A stretch of 64,000 bases of DNA from an uncultured virus (IMG/VR IMGVR_UViG_3300031758_000014) (IMGVR_UViG_3300031758_000014); one strand, 5' to 3'; positions 28,666 through 37,819 are shown, counted from the first letter of the stretch. Translations and numbers: made by a program. The notes: generated by a model not told the origin, from the sequence alone.

Positions 28666-29003
28666 TCAAATAATTTATTTAATTTATCGTCTCTATCAAA
28701 CTCTTTATATAGATTATTCAGTTTGTCTATTTTCCATTGTTGGTCAAAAATCTGATGTATATGTGTATATAAAATACCTTTACGGAAATCTGGCTTACCA
28801 CCATTTGGTATATGAGATAATCGAAACCAACATATCTCATCACCAACTACATATCTAAAATAATAAGCATCATCATTTTTAAGTAATCTAATAGTTTTAA
28901 TTTTATTAGATTGTATATCACCAATCATCTTTTTATAAGCGTTAGATGTAGTGATATTAGCAAGAACTATATTATCTGTATCAATCCAATCTATATGTTC
29001 CAT
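28662..29003 (-). CDS. hypothetical protein with tail
   Basis: ends DRDDKLNKLFE. Confidence 0.7.
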   Translation of the reverse strand: MEHIDWIDTDNIVLANITTSNAYKKMIGDIQSNKIKTIRLLKNDDAYYFRYVVGDEICWFRLSHIPNGGKPDFRKGILYTHIHQIFDQQWKIDKLNNLYKEFDRDDKLNKLFE

Positions 29004-29015
29004 TAGAGTATAATT

Positions 29016-29522
29016 TCAACAATCATTATCTTCATCTATTAGTGTATCAACGTACCTTATATATGGCTCATCATTTAAAATTCTTTTATCATTTTCTGAC
29101 AACGACTCTATTCCGTATAAGTTTATTTTATCTAAGATTATATCTTTTGTTATGTAGTTTTCAATATAATCATCGAAGGTAATTATCATATTTTCTTTTA
29201 AGAATCCATATATTTCCATATCGTGTTTACCGTATAATACTTCATCGGTAATATCTTCTACTTTGGTGAAACCATCCATACCTTCGTGAATGATAGCATC
29301 CCATTTTTTAAATTCTATTGCGTATTCTTCTGGACAGAAACCTACACTTAGATATAGATCACCGTCTCTCCAATGACATACTTTACCGTCGTATCTAAGA
29401 TCGAAGAAATCATAACGATTAGCAAAATCAATTAAAAAGTCTTTAGTTTCTTTTTCAAATTTATCAAGACCTATGGTAGTTTCTTCTTCAGAGAATGAAG
29501 AAATAAATCTGTATATTCTCAT
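29016..29522 (-). CDS. hypothetical protein
   Basis: C-terminal ILDKINLYGIESLSENDKRIL (DUF6576-like helix). Confidence 0.7.
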   Translation of the reverse strand: MRIYRFISSFSEEETTIGLDKFEKETKDFLIDFANRYDFFDLRYDGKVCHWRDGDLYLSVGFCPEEYAIEFKKWDAIIHEGMDGFTKVEDITDEVLYGKHDMEIYGFLKENMIITFDDYIENYITKDIILDKINLYGIESLSENDKRILNDEPYIRYVDTLIDEDNDC

Positions 29523-29868
29523 TTATTTTAATTCAATAGATATATTATCAGTTTCGGTACCTAACAAATTTGCTAACTTCTCTTTTAATTCCTCTATCTC
29601 ATTGACATCAATCATAACATCTTTATAAACAGAGATTGATATAAGTTCTTTCATTTTAGTTGTTGTTAGAATTTCTATTTCTTTTAATGATGTTACCAGC
29701 GAAGACAACGATGATTGCTATCCAAAGTGGTATTAGTACGATTGACCAAGACCAGTTAATTACTCCGAATATTTTTAGGATTATTAATATAATTAATACA
29801 GGTCCTAATATAGATTTATTTTTCATATTTATAGATTTTATTTTAGTATAAAGTTAGAAATATATTTT

Positions 29869-30102
29869 TTATATTCCTAATTCTTTAAGTTTAATTTCTC
29901 TTACTTCTGATATTGTTAAAAAATTATCAGCGTTATACTTTCTGAGCATTCCGTCTTCACATTTTACTATATAAGATGGTTCGTCTGGTTTGAATGTGAT
30001 TACATCATATATGATTGGTGCTGGTTCACATTCATACCACTCACCTTTTATAAGGACTTGGGTATCTACCCAATTTACATTTATTTTGGATTGGCATTTC
30101 AT
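29869..30102 (-). CDS. DUF6501-like protein with tail
   Basis: IKGEWY...CEDG; ends VREIKLKELGI. Confidence 0.7.
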   Translation of the reverse strand: MKCQSKINVNWVDTQVLIKGEWYECEPAPIIYDVITFKPDEPSYIVKCEDGMLRKYNADNFLTISEVREIKLKELGI

Positions 30103-30341
30103 AGTCCAAGTTGTTTAAGTTTTTCTTCTCTCAGTTGGTTTTTTGAAAGTGTTATCTGATTTTGGTTCACAACATAATGTTTACTTACGTCAAATGCTTT
30201 ATCCGGATCTGTTGGTATTAGTCTAATTTTAGTTAGACCTTTTGATGTCTTTTCATCTAATATCTCAGTTACTTTATATAAATCATAATTATCTCCAAAT
30301 AATTTGATTGATACTTCGTCACCTACTTTGAAATCTCTCAT
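30099..30341 (-). CDS. KOW/SH3-like protein with tail
   Basis: FKVGDEV; ends LREEKLKQLGL. Confidence 0.7.
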   Translation of the reverse strand: MRDFKVGDEVSIKLFGDNYDLYKVTEILDEKTSKGLTKIRLIPTDPDKAFDVSKHYVVNQNQITLSKNQLREEKLKQLGL

Positions 30342-30397
30342 AATCCAATTTCTTTATTTTTATACAAAAATAATATTCTTTTTTAATATATACAAAT

Positions 30398-30829
30398 ATG
30401 AAATATTTAAAGATATTTGAAGATTTTAATGACCCTATAACGGAAAATAATAATAAGGCTAATGAGATAGTAGATGATATTAAAACCATTTCATATCTTT
30501 TAGAAGAAGAAGGTTTTGAATTAAGATATACATTTGCTACTAAATCTGGTAATTCTTTTGAGGTTGATGAATATAATAAAATCATTAATAGTCATGTTTT
30601 TAATACTAAATCAGTAAATATAGATATGGTGGTTGTAAAAATAATTGGAAGAACAATTACTGATCCTAAAACATTCCAAAGGACTTTAACTGATAGTGGT
30701 AAAGAAGCCATTGAGAGATATATTAATCTCTTAAAAGAACACTTAGATTATATAGACCCTAATAATATAACTACTCAAAGATCTTTGATCGGGAATACAA
30801 ATGTTATAATTAAATTAGATAAAGAGTAG
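30398..30829 (+). CDS. putative virion internal protein (CTS-like leader)
   Basis: MKYLKIFEDF; TAATATATA at 30384. Confidence 0.7.
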   Translation: MKYLKIFEDFNDPITENNNKANEIVDDIKTISYLLEEEGFELRYTFATKSGNSFEVDEYNKIINSHVFNTKSVNIDMVVVKIIGRTITDPKTFQRTLTDSGKEAIERYINLLKEHLDYIDPNNITTQRSLIGNTNVIIKLDKE

Positions 30830-31069
30830 ATATAATCTTATATCTCTTATAATAGATTGATCTCTTAAATCTGAAGCACCACTCTTTATATATTCCGATA
30901 AATATGATTCACATATACTAATAAACTCTTCAGTTTCTATTTCATCATTATCAGAATATAATCCATAGACTTCCTTCTTAATATCACTTACTACGCAATA
31001 TAAATAGAATGATCCTGATGTCATAGAAGTCATTTCATTAATTATCTTGGTAGCAATTGATATTCTCAT
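30815..31069 (-). CDS. hypothetical protein with tail
   Basis: ends IRDIRLYLLFI. Confidence 0.65.
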   Translation of the reverse strand: MRISIATKIINEMTSMTSGSFYLYCVVSDIKKEVYGLYSDNDEIETEEFISICESYLSEYIKSGASDLRDQSIIRDIRLYLLFI

Positions 31070-31341
31070 AGTCCTAATTCTTTTAGTCTATCTTCTCTTT
31101 TTGTTTGAGGGTTTATTTTTCGAGATTCTTCAGTTTCAACCCAACCAGTAAAAATTGTTTTATGCCAAAAATCACTATTGTGTTTTTTAAACTCACCATC
31201 TACTATTTTAGCAACAGATCTATATTTTATTTTAGGATATTCATTTAAATCTAATTCATATAGATGATCATCATTTTGTTCACTTGCTACAATCATGCCA
31301 GTGTGTAATTCCGAAATATCTAATCTTCTTAATATCTTCAT
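31066..31341 (-). CDS. hypothetical protein with tail
   Basis: ends KREDRLKELGL. Confidence 0.7.
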   Translation of the reverse strand: MKILRRLDISELHTGMIVASEQNDDHLYELDLNEYPKIKYRSVAKIVDGEFKKHNSDFWHKTIFTGWVETEESRKINPQTKREDRLKELGL

Positions 31342-31550
31342 TCTCCTAGTAACTCACTAAGTTTTTTATCGCGAGCTTCAGCTTTTTCTCTTGCCAATCT
31401 TTCTTCCTCTGATTCTGATGGTTTTGATTCATACCATATTTTAGCGTCATAATATTTTGAAAGGTATTTACCATCATATGTCATATACCCATCTTCATCG
31501 TCAAAAGAGTATTTACCATACTTATCGTATGTTGTATATTTATCTTTCAT
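31338..31550 (-). CDS. hypothetical protein with tail
   Basis: ends KAEARDKKLSELLGE. Confidence 0.7.
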   Translation of the reverse strand: MKDKYTTYDKYGKYSFDDEDGYMTYDGKYLSKYYDAKIWYESKPSESEEERLAREKAEARDKKLSELLGE

Positions 31551-31645
31551 AAAGTTAACTTATTAATAAGATTGCTATTATTCCCATTATACCTACTCCT
31601 AAAATCAAGCCAATTGTAAAATACTCAGCTCTTTCTGATTTCTTC

Positions 31646-31831
31646 TTAGCCATTATAGTTTTCTATTTCATCAACATATTCTGGGATTCTTATAATATCA
31701 TCATACCATTGTAAATTACTTAAATCCTCATTTTTCATGGTTTCTAATAATATAAGATATTCCATTCCTGTTTCATAAAAGTTCTTTATAAACCAAGATA
31801 TACGTTCTTCGTAAGTTAACTTTTCTCTCAT
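31646..31831 (-). CDS. hypothetical protein
   Basis: 61 aa ORF after -7 element. Confidence 0.6.
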   Translation of the reverse strand: MREKLTYEERISWFIKNFYETGMEYLILLETMKNEDLSNLQWYDDIIRIPEYVDEIENYNG

Positions 31832-31854
31832 AATTACAAATATATGAAAAATAT

Positions 31855-32481
31855 TTATAAACCCAATTCTTTTAGTTTTCTTTCTCTTATGTTAGATTTC
31901 ATTATTGCTTCCATATTATGATAAACATCTTTAGTTGATTCCCAAACTTTGTTTGATACGGTACGTTTAACTATCTCATTATTAATTTCTATATAGAGTC
32001 TTTTCTTAGAAATAAAGTAGATTTGATTTATTTGATGTATCTCATATGGTACTCCAATACTTTTAATGAAATCTTCATCTTGTATCTCAGTAACATAGAT
32101 AGAATCTGTATCAATATAAAGAACAGTATCAATATATTTATTAAAGTAATATTCCATTATAGAATACATATATCCACTAATTCTAACTGAGTTTTTAAAT
32201 TCTAACTTACCAAACCAACTATTTAATATTAGATTTTCATAATCTGAATGGTTATTCCTTTTAAGTAGTTCTTTTAAATCATCTATCTTTATATTTGATT
32301 TATCATCACCTGTTATTAACCCTTCGTCATAAAACTGTATAATAAGATGGGTATAAAGTTTTTTAAACTCTATTTTTAAGATATTACTATGTATTGATAA
32401 GTTATTAAACTTAGAGTTTAACTCACAAAAACCACCACTGTTATTATGATTATCTAAAAATTGTTTAAGCATTAATTCCAA
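31855..32481 (-). CDS. miniature family-B DNA polymerase palm-like protein with tail
   Basis: IEFKKLYTHLII (motif A-like), LILNSWFG (motif B-like), YIDTDSIY (motif C); ends IRERKLKELGL. Confidence 0.65.
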   Translation of the reverse strand: MELMLKQFLDNHNNSGGFCELNSKFNNLSIHSNILKIEFKKLYTHLIIQFYDEGLITGDDKSNIKIDDLKELLKRNNHSDYENLILNSWFGKLEFKNSVRISGYMYSIMEYYFNKYIDTVLYIDTDSIYVTEIQDEDFIKSIGVPYEIHQINQIYFISKKRLYIEINNEIVKRTVSNKVWESTKDVYHNMEAIMKSNIRERKLKELGL

Positions 32482-32643
32482 TTTGTTTTAATTTCCAATC
32501 TCTATAACATTTCTTACAAATCGTAACATTTATTTCTGTTTTAAGACCATTAATTTTAGCGGGTATAGTATAAATATCTTCACCAGTTATCACCTCATCA
32601 CATTTAAAACAATTTGGTGATTTATATGACCAACTTCCACTCA

Positions 32644-32850
32644 TTATATTCCCAATTCAGTTAATTTCTTATCTCTAATCACATCTGTGTGATAAACAGG
32701 TTTCCAAATGTGTGGATATTTAGAAAACTCACCACTTGTATATGGTTCAAATTCTCCAAGTTTTCTTCTATTACCTGGATAATCAGCAATCAAAATATAT
32801 CCCTTAATCTCAGGGTGTCTTCTCGGTGTACTACACATACAAGGTCTCAT
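32644..32850 (-). CDS. hypothetical protein with tail
   Basis: LIADYPG...YPHIWK; ends IRDKKLTELGI. Confidence 0.7.
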   Translation of the reverse strand: MRPCMCSTPRRHPEIKGYILIADYPGNRRKLGEFEPYTSGEFSKYPHIWKPVYHTDVIRDKKLTELGI

Positions 32851-32856
32851 TAACTC

Positions 32857-33261
32857 TTACTCTTCTTTTTTTATTTTCTTATCATTTGGAAGTTTTACTT
32901 TCACACCTACTGGTTTCCATCTAAAGTATGGAGGTAAACATTCACAACACATTTCTCTCTCACCACACGTTCCACAATAATTACCATCACCATCATTTAT
33001 CATGTATTTAAGAGCTTTCTCATTTATCTCTATCTCTGGAACTTTTTCACCACAGAAAGGACAAAAATTAACTTCTATATAACTTTCATGTTTTCCCCAA
33101 GAAAAATCTCTAAAACCAAATGATAACCATTTAGGTTTTTTTGTGGATGGTAGATCAATTGAATACGAATCTTCAAAATTAAATTGAAGTTTTACAACTT
33201 TATGTTTTTTAGATTCATCACAACAATTTGTTGTTATAACATGTTCATATATTCTACTCAT
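32857..33261 (-). CDS. Cys-rich Zn-binding protein
   Basis: CC..., FCPFCG, CGTCG..CCEC. Confidence 0.7.
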   Translation of the reverse strand: MSRIYEHVITTNCCDESKKHKVVKLQFNFEDSYSIDLPSTKKPKWLSFGFRDFSWGKHESYIEVNFCPFCGEKVPEIEINEKALKYMINDGDGNYCGTCGEREMCCECLPPYFRWKPVGVKVKLPNDKKIKKEE

Positions 33262-33521
33262 TATAAAATCTTATTTAATTGCATTTCTCTCCATTCTTCT
33301 AAAGTCACAAAGTTTTCTTTAGAAAAAATTAAACTATGAGAACCATATTCAGTTTTATCATCAAACCAAAATCTAATATAACTTGATGATAAGTATCTAT
33401 CTAATTCATAGTAAGGTAAATCATAAACTTTACCAACTTCTAAGAAGTCGTCTTTTTTAAGATACTCATTTCCCATACTATCTCTTCTCAAGATTTTATC
33501 ATTTACACAAACTAATTTCAT
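33261..33521 (-). CDS. DUF6501-like protein with tail
   Basis: MKLVCV...LEVGKVY; ends WREMQLNKIL. Confidence 0.7.
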   Translation of the reverse strand: MKLVCVNDKILRRDSMGNEYLKKDDFLEVGKVYDLPYYELDRYLSSSYIRFWFDDKTEYGSHSLIFSKENFVTLEEWREMQLNKIL

Positions 33522-33778
33522 ACTCCTAATTCATCAAGTCTTTTTTCTCTCCATTCATCAACCGTTATAAAGTTGTGTATGAAATATTTACCTTTAGCTT
33601 GACCTCTGCTAAGATCATCAATGAATTCAATTGATACCATATGAGACGACGACTTCCAGTAACTTCCTGCTAAAATTATATCTTCATCAGTAACTATGGC
33701 TTTAGCACCAGGTAAACAATTATATCCATCCACCTTCTCCTTCCAAACAAGAATGGTTCCTTTATTCAGTCTAATCAT
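33518..33778 (-). CDS. hypothetical protein with tail
   Basis: ends WREKRLDELGV. Confidence 0.7.
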   Translation of the reverse strand: MIRLNKGTILVWKEKVDGYNCLPGAKAIVTDEDIILAGSYWKSSSHMVSIEFIDDLSRGQAKGKYFIHNFITVDEWREKRLDELGV

Positions 33779-34047
33779 CTAACTTCAATTTCTTCATATG
33801 AGTAAGCATTCACATCACTTAAAGTATGATACTTACTCCACCATTCTAAAAGTAGATTTCTTCTAACATCAGTATCATCAATATCTTCTAACTCACTATC
33901 AATTTCACCAAACCTCTTTTTTAGTCTTTTATTGAATTCATTAGCTTTATCACAATACTTTTTAGCGAATTCTTCTGATCCGGTTACAAATAGGGATTCT
34001 GTATAAAAATCATCCCACGAACCACCTGTTCTTTTAACTACAAACAT
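33775..34047 (-). CDS. hypothetical protein
   Basis: 90 aa ORF. Confidence 0.65.
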   Translation of the reverse strand: MFVVKRTGGSWDDFYTESLFVTGSEEFAKKYCDKANEFNKRLKKRFGEIDSELEDIDDTDVRRNLLLEWWSKYHTLSDVNAYSYEEIEVR

Positions 34048-34053
34048 AATATT

Positions 34054-34356
34054 TTATTTATATGACCATTCATCATCTTCATCAAAGTAATAAGACTTTG
34101 ATTTATCACCATCTGATATAGTACAATAGTATTCAAACTCTTGACATATTTCTTCACATAAGAAAGTATCGATATCCTCTATGTTAGTTAATTCATTAGT
34201 TTCTATTTTGACATTATGTAGTTCTTCATCTATATCATAATCAAATGTTATAATTGAATCTGGATAATCAGATAGAAATCGTTCCATTATTTTTTCACCA
34301 ATTGAATCTATAATGTTAGTGTCGTCTGTGTAAACGAAAAATTCGGTTGTTATCAT
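34054..34356 (-). CDS. acidic hypothetical protein
   Basis: 100 aa, D/E rich. Confidence 0.65.
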   Translation of the reverse strand: MITTEFFVYTDDTNIIDSIGEKIMERFLSDYPDSIITFDYDIDEELHNVKIETNELTNIEDIDTFLCEEICQEFEYYCTISDGDKSKSYYFDEDDEWSYK

Positions 34357-34685
34357 ATTCTCCCTGTTTTTGATGTTCTTCTTAATTCATTTGCTAAAGT
34401 CTCCATTGTTTCACTAACAATAGGATGATTTTTATATGGTTTTCCAACCACAAGTAAAGTTCTTAGAATACCACGATCAGTTTCATTTAGATAACCTTTT
34501 AAATATTCGTTATATTTAACCATTGTTTCATCACTTGGTGATCCTGATCTTTTACCAGTGAATGGTTCTAAATGTTTTTCAGCACCTAATATCTCACTAC
34601 AATCTTCATATATTCCGTGATATATTTTAAGATTATCATTTGTTTCTTTTGAGAACATCGGATTGTATTGATATTCTTTTCTCAT
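34353..34685 (-). CDS. hypothetical protein
   Basis: 110 aa ORF. Confidence 0.7.
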   Translation of the reverse strand: MRKEYQYNPMFSKETNDNLKIYHGIYEDCSEILGAEKHLEPFTGKRSGSPSDETMVKYNEYLKGYLNETDRGILRTLLVVGKPYKNHPIVSETMETLANELRRTSKTGRI

Positions 34686-34927
34686 ATGTTTAACATTTTT
34701 AGTTTAAAGTCTCTAAGTAAAGGTAGTATTAAGTTTTTATCATTTTCACCTAAATCATCTATATACTTATGACATATTTCCATAAAGTCTTCTAATATTA
34801 GATCTTCATCCAATACATATTTGTAATTTAGTTCTTTTTTTATTTTAGATATAAAAAAATAGTTATCTAACTTACGTAAAACTGTAAGTTTTTCTAACTC
34901 CTTAATAAAATCTCTATACTCATTCAT
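34682..34927 (-). CDS. hypothetical protein with tail
   Basis: start MNEYRDF just after tRNA-like RNA; ends LRDFKLKMLNI. Confidence 0.65.
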   Translation of the reverse strand: MNEYRDFIKELEKLTVLRKLDNYFFISKIKKELNYKYVLDEDLILEDFMEICHKYIDDLGENDKNLILPLLRDFKLKMLNI

Positions 34928-34930
34928 AGT

Positions 34931-35009
34931 GGTCAAGATAGGATTCGAACCTATGACGATGCGACCATTAAGGGTGAGATACCACTTTCTCATTACGCAT
35001 TACTTGACC
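34931..35009 (-). ncRNA. tRNA-like RNA
   Basis: GGTCAAG/CTTGACC acceptor, ATAGGTTCGAATCCTAT T-arm; non-canonical D and anticodon region. Confidence 0.55.
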
Positions 35010-35064
35010 AACCTACTTCCTTTCTTCGTCGATGCTCGTTGTTTAGTAGTAACCAATCAGAAGT

Positions 35065-35144
35065 AGTCAGGACAGGATTCGAACCTGTATCATAACGCTA
35101 TAAGGAACTTAATCCACGATGACTTCCCATTAGCCCACCTGACT
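35065..35144 (-). ncRNA. tRNA-like RNA (AGTCAGG family)
   Basis: AGTCAGGTGGGCTAATGGGAAGTC ... TACAGGTTCGAATCCTGTCCTGACT. Confidence 0.65.
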
Positions 35145-35235
35145 AACATTGCCCATTATCCATCGGAAATGTTTCTACAAATATAATAAATATTTTTAAT
35201 ATATACTTTATAATATAAAACAAATTTCATTTAGT

Positions 35236-35790
35236 ATGAAAAAGATTAAGAGTTGGAAGTTATTCAACGAGTCAGTTGAAGAAAGTTTAGAGGATGTAAA
35301 ATGGTTTTTAGTTGATTATGATAATATAGTTCCTTATGATTATTATCCTAACTCAACTAATTTACTTGTGTATCGTATATCTGGTTATGGATTTTCAAAA
35401 GCTGATTTTGAAAGAATTGAAAGACTAGCTAATGAAGAAGATTGGAATGTTATAAATAAGAAAGAGTTTCTTATTTTCTATAAAGGGAGTAGAGAAGAAG
35501 CTGTTTTAAATTGGTTAGATGAGAATTATAATAATCTTAAAATTAAAGTTATATCAAAAGGTGAAGACCACTACTATAAGGAAAATGAGTATGTAATTTC
35601 ATTTACAGTTAATAAAACTTTTAATCCGAATTATGAATTACTTTATAACAATATATTTATGGAAAGTGATATATCTTATGTACCACATGTTTTTATAGAT
35701 GATGCTAACTTATTAGACGATATTTTAAAAAAGTGGTTAGAAAGGACTTATAATATTACTAAAATAACTAACATTTATTATGAGGATTAA
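35236..35790 (+). CDS. putative virion internal protein (CTS-like leader)
   Basis: MKKIKSWKLFNES; resemblance to 10251 (WLxxNF/Y). Confidence 0.7.
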   Translation: MKKIKSWKLFNESVEESLEDVKWFLVDYDNIVPYDYYPNSTNLLVYRISGYGFSKADFERIERLANEEDWNVINKKEFLIFYKGSREEAVLNWLDENYNNLKIKVISKGEDHYYKENEYVISFTVNKTFNPNYELLYNNIFMESDISYVPHVFIDDANLLDDILKKWLERTYNITKITNIYYED

Positions 35791-36235
35791 AAATTGGAAA
35801 TTATTCAACGAGTCAGTTGAATCGAGTATGGAAGATAAGTTTATGAAACATGAAATACTAAACAATATAGAAGTTATTAAAACATATGGTCGTCAAAAAA
35901 ATAATAAATCAATAGATTTAAAATTTATTTATAATGATGATATTATTTGGGAGTTTAAGATTGAGGGAAACGAATATTTTGATGAGGTTATGGAGACAGG
36001 TGAAGGTATTTATAGGATAATATCGTATAAACTCATTGATAAGTATAGGGGTAAAAACTTGGGGTTTGATTTATTTAAAAAAAGTATTAATATTGTTTTC
36101 AATGAGGATGATATAAAAAAAATCTACTCATATAATAATGAGCGAAATAGAAACTCAAATAGATTATGGAATAAACTTTCTGAAAATGGCTATATTGTAA
36201 ATAAAGATGAAAATTTCTACTCTGTTGAACGTTGA
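35780..36235 (+). CDS. GNAT-family acetyltransferase with CTS-like leader
   Basis: MRIKNWKLFNES; YRGKNLG acetyl-CoA motif; SNRLWNKL. Confidence 0.65.
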   Translation: MRIKNWKLFNESVESSMEDKFMKHEILNNIEVIKTYGRQKNNKSIDLKFIYNDDIIWEFKIEGNEYFDEVMETGEGIYRIISYKLIDKYRGKNLGFDLFKKSINIVFNEDDIKKIYSYNNERNRNSNRLWNKLSENGYIVNKDENFYSVER

Positions 36236-36254
36236 TAAAAAAATATATTGTAAC

Positions 36255-36923
36255 ATGAGGATTAAAAATTGGAAATTATTCAACGAGTCACTTGATATGA
36301 TAGAAGGTGAGTTGGAAGATATTGTTATTCACTTCTGTGAAGATGGTAATACTACTTTTGAATTGGTTGAAGTTTTTTGTGATGGTGGTATTTATATTTG
36401 GAAGGTTGATGATACTAGACAAATAAGAAGTAAAAATGATTACTGGGACTTTTATGAATCTCATAGGAGAATGGCTTTAGAGGTTGGTTATCATTTTCAT
36501 TTATCTGGAGTATTGAGTGATTTAATAATATTCTCTAAGTTTGGTGATTTAAAAAACACTCTAATAGAATTATTAGATTGGATTAGTAGTTTAGAATTGG
36601 TTAGTAAAGAAAAACCATTTAATAATAGATATGTTGTTGGTAAGAAAATTTTTAATTATTATTTGTATAAGGACAAGAAGTTAGTAGAGTGGAATAAATA
36701 TGTTAATTCGGATGGTTTAGAGTCATTAGATCCACGTAGAGCAAGTTTTTCAAATGGTGAGATTGGTAGTCATTATAAATCTACTGTTTATCTAGAAAAT
36801 ATAGTTTGTAACATTTTTTTATGTGTTGATTCAAAAATTAAATTTGATATACTTAAATCATGGTTAATTGAAATAGATCCTTTATTTAAAAAGTTTGAAC
36901 TTAATGTTGGTGAATTAAAATAA
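36255..36923 (+). CDS. putative virion internal protein (CTS-like leader)
   Basis: start MRIKNWKLFNES, first 36 nt identical to the 35780 gene. Confidence 0.7.
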   Translation: MRIKNWKLFNESLDMIEGELEDIVIHFCEDGNTTFELVEVFCDGGIYIWKVDDTRQIRSKNDYWDFYESHRRMALEVGYHFHLSGVLSDLIIFSKFGDLKNTLIELLDWISSLELVSKEKPFNNRYVVGKKIFNYYLYKDKKLVEWNKYVNSDGLESLDPRRASFSNGEIGSHYKSTVYLENIVCNIFLCVDSKIKFDILKSWLIEIDPLFKKFELNVGELK

Positions 36924-36941
36924 AAACTCATTCGATTTATT

Positions 36942-37100
36942 TTACTTATTTAAAAGGTTATCAATTCTTAAATCTCTATCTTCTGCTAATATCTCTTCTT
37001 TAGATTTCTCTGGAATGAAATTTATTTTAAGATCTATTAATTGATTATCTTCTCTTTGTGTCCAAGTTATACTCTCGACACTAACTAAGTTTATACCCAT
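36942..37100 (-). CDS. small protein with tail (not in ORF track)
   Basis: MGINLVSVES...EDRDLRIDNLLNK*. Confidence 0.55.
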   Translation of the reverse strand: MGINLVSVESITWTQREDNQLIDLKINFIPEKSKEEILAEDRDLRIDNLLNK

Positions 37101-37147
37101 ATAGTTTGGGATAACCGATAAAGGAAGAGGTGAAATATGTTTTGGTT

Positions 37148-37443
37148 TTAAGTTATTCCTAATTCTTTTATTCGATTATTTCTTAATAGAGGAAGTATCC
37201 ATTTATCATAAGTGTATGATTCTTCATCTATAAAATAATTCATGGTTAGTTTATAAAGTTCATCTTTTATATCTTCAAAGAATGGTAATGCTTCAACTAA
37301 CTCACCATCTTTTGAGATTGTTATTTTGAAAAAACATCACCAGTTCTAATGTTATATAATAGAAATTCCTTTCCGGTACTAAATTCTCTTTTTTCTTTTG
37401 AAAAGAATTTCAGTTCAAATCCTCTGTTATCTTTATATCTCAT
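37148..37443 (-). pseudogene. frameshifted gene with tail
   Basis: MRYKDNRG...; shift in T6 run near 37330; continues ...LRNNRIKELGIT*. Confidence 0.55.
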
Positions 37444-37444
37444 A

Positions 37445-37819
37445 TTAAATTCCACATGGTACTCTTTTTCCATTATCGGATCTAAGTACAAAACTTATAT
37501 CAATTTTAGCTTCTCCTTCTTTTAGTTTAAGTGATTTAACACCGGTTGTTTTACCAGATTTTATTTCAACTATATTTAACTTTGATATAGTATCAACTTT
37601 AACTTCATAAAAAACAATTATGTCTTTATTATATCCATTTAATATTTCAGTTTCCCATTTCCCATTATCCGTTGGATATAATCTATACTCAATTGAATAG
37701 CAATCATCTCTATACCATTGGTCTTTAGGATCTTTTTTATCGGTTGCTAGTTCATATAAAGCAACAAAAACCGCTATAACTAAAGTTAATTTTATTAAAT
37801 ATCTTAAAGTTCTAAACAT
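37445..37819 (-). CDS. membrane-anchored protein
   Basis: N-terminal TM helix. Confidence 0.7.
   Translation of the reverse strand: MFRTLRYLIKLTLVIAVFVALYELATDKKDPKDQWYRDDCYSIEYRLYPTDNGKWETEILNGYNKDIIVFYEVKVDTISKLNIVEIKSGKTTGVKSLKLKEGEAKIDISFVLRSDNGKRVPCGI

Noticed and set aside
31855..32481. Functional replicative DNA polymerase
   Set aside because: Far too short, motif A Asp missing, no exonuclease or thumb.
18036..33778. Tail as a SAM-domain or Nudix-box fragment (LKELGI / EELGI)
   Set aside because: Only a 5-6 residue resemblance; the rest of those domains is absent and the tail has its own conserved R-D/E.
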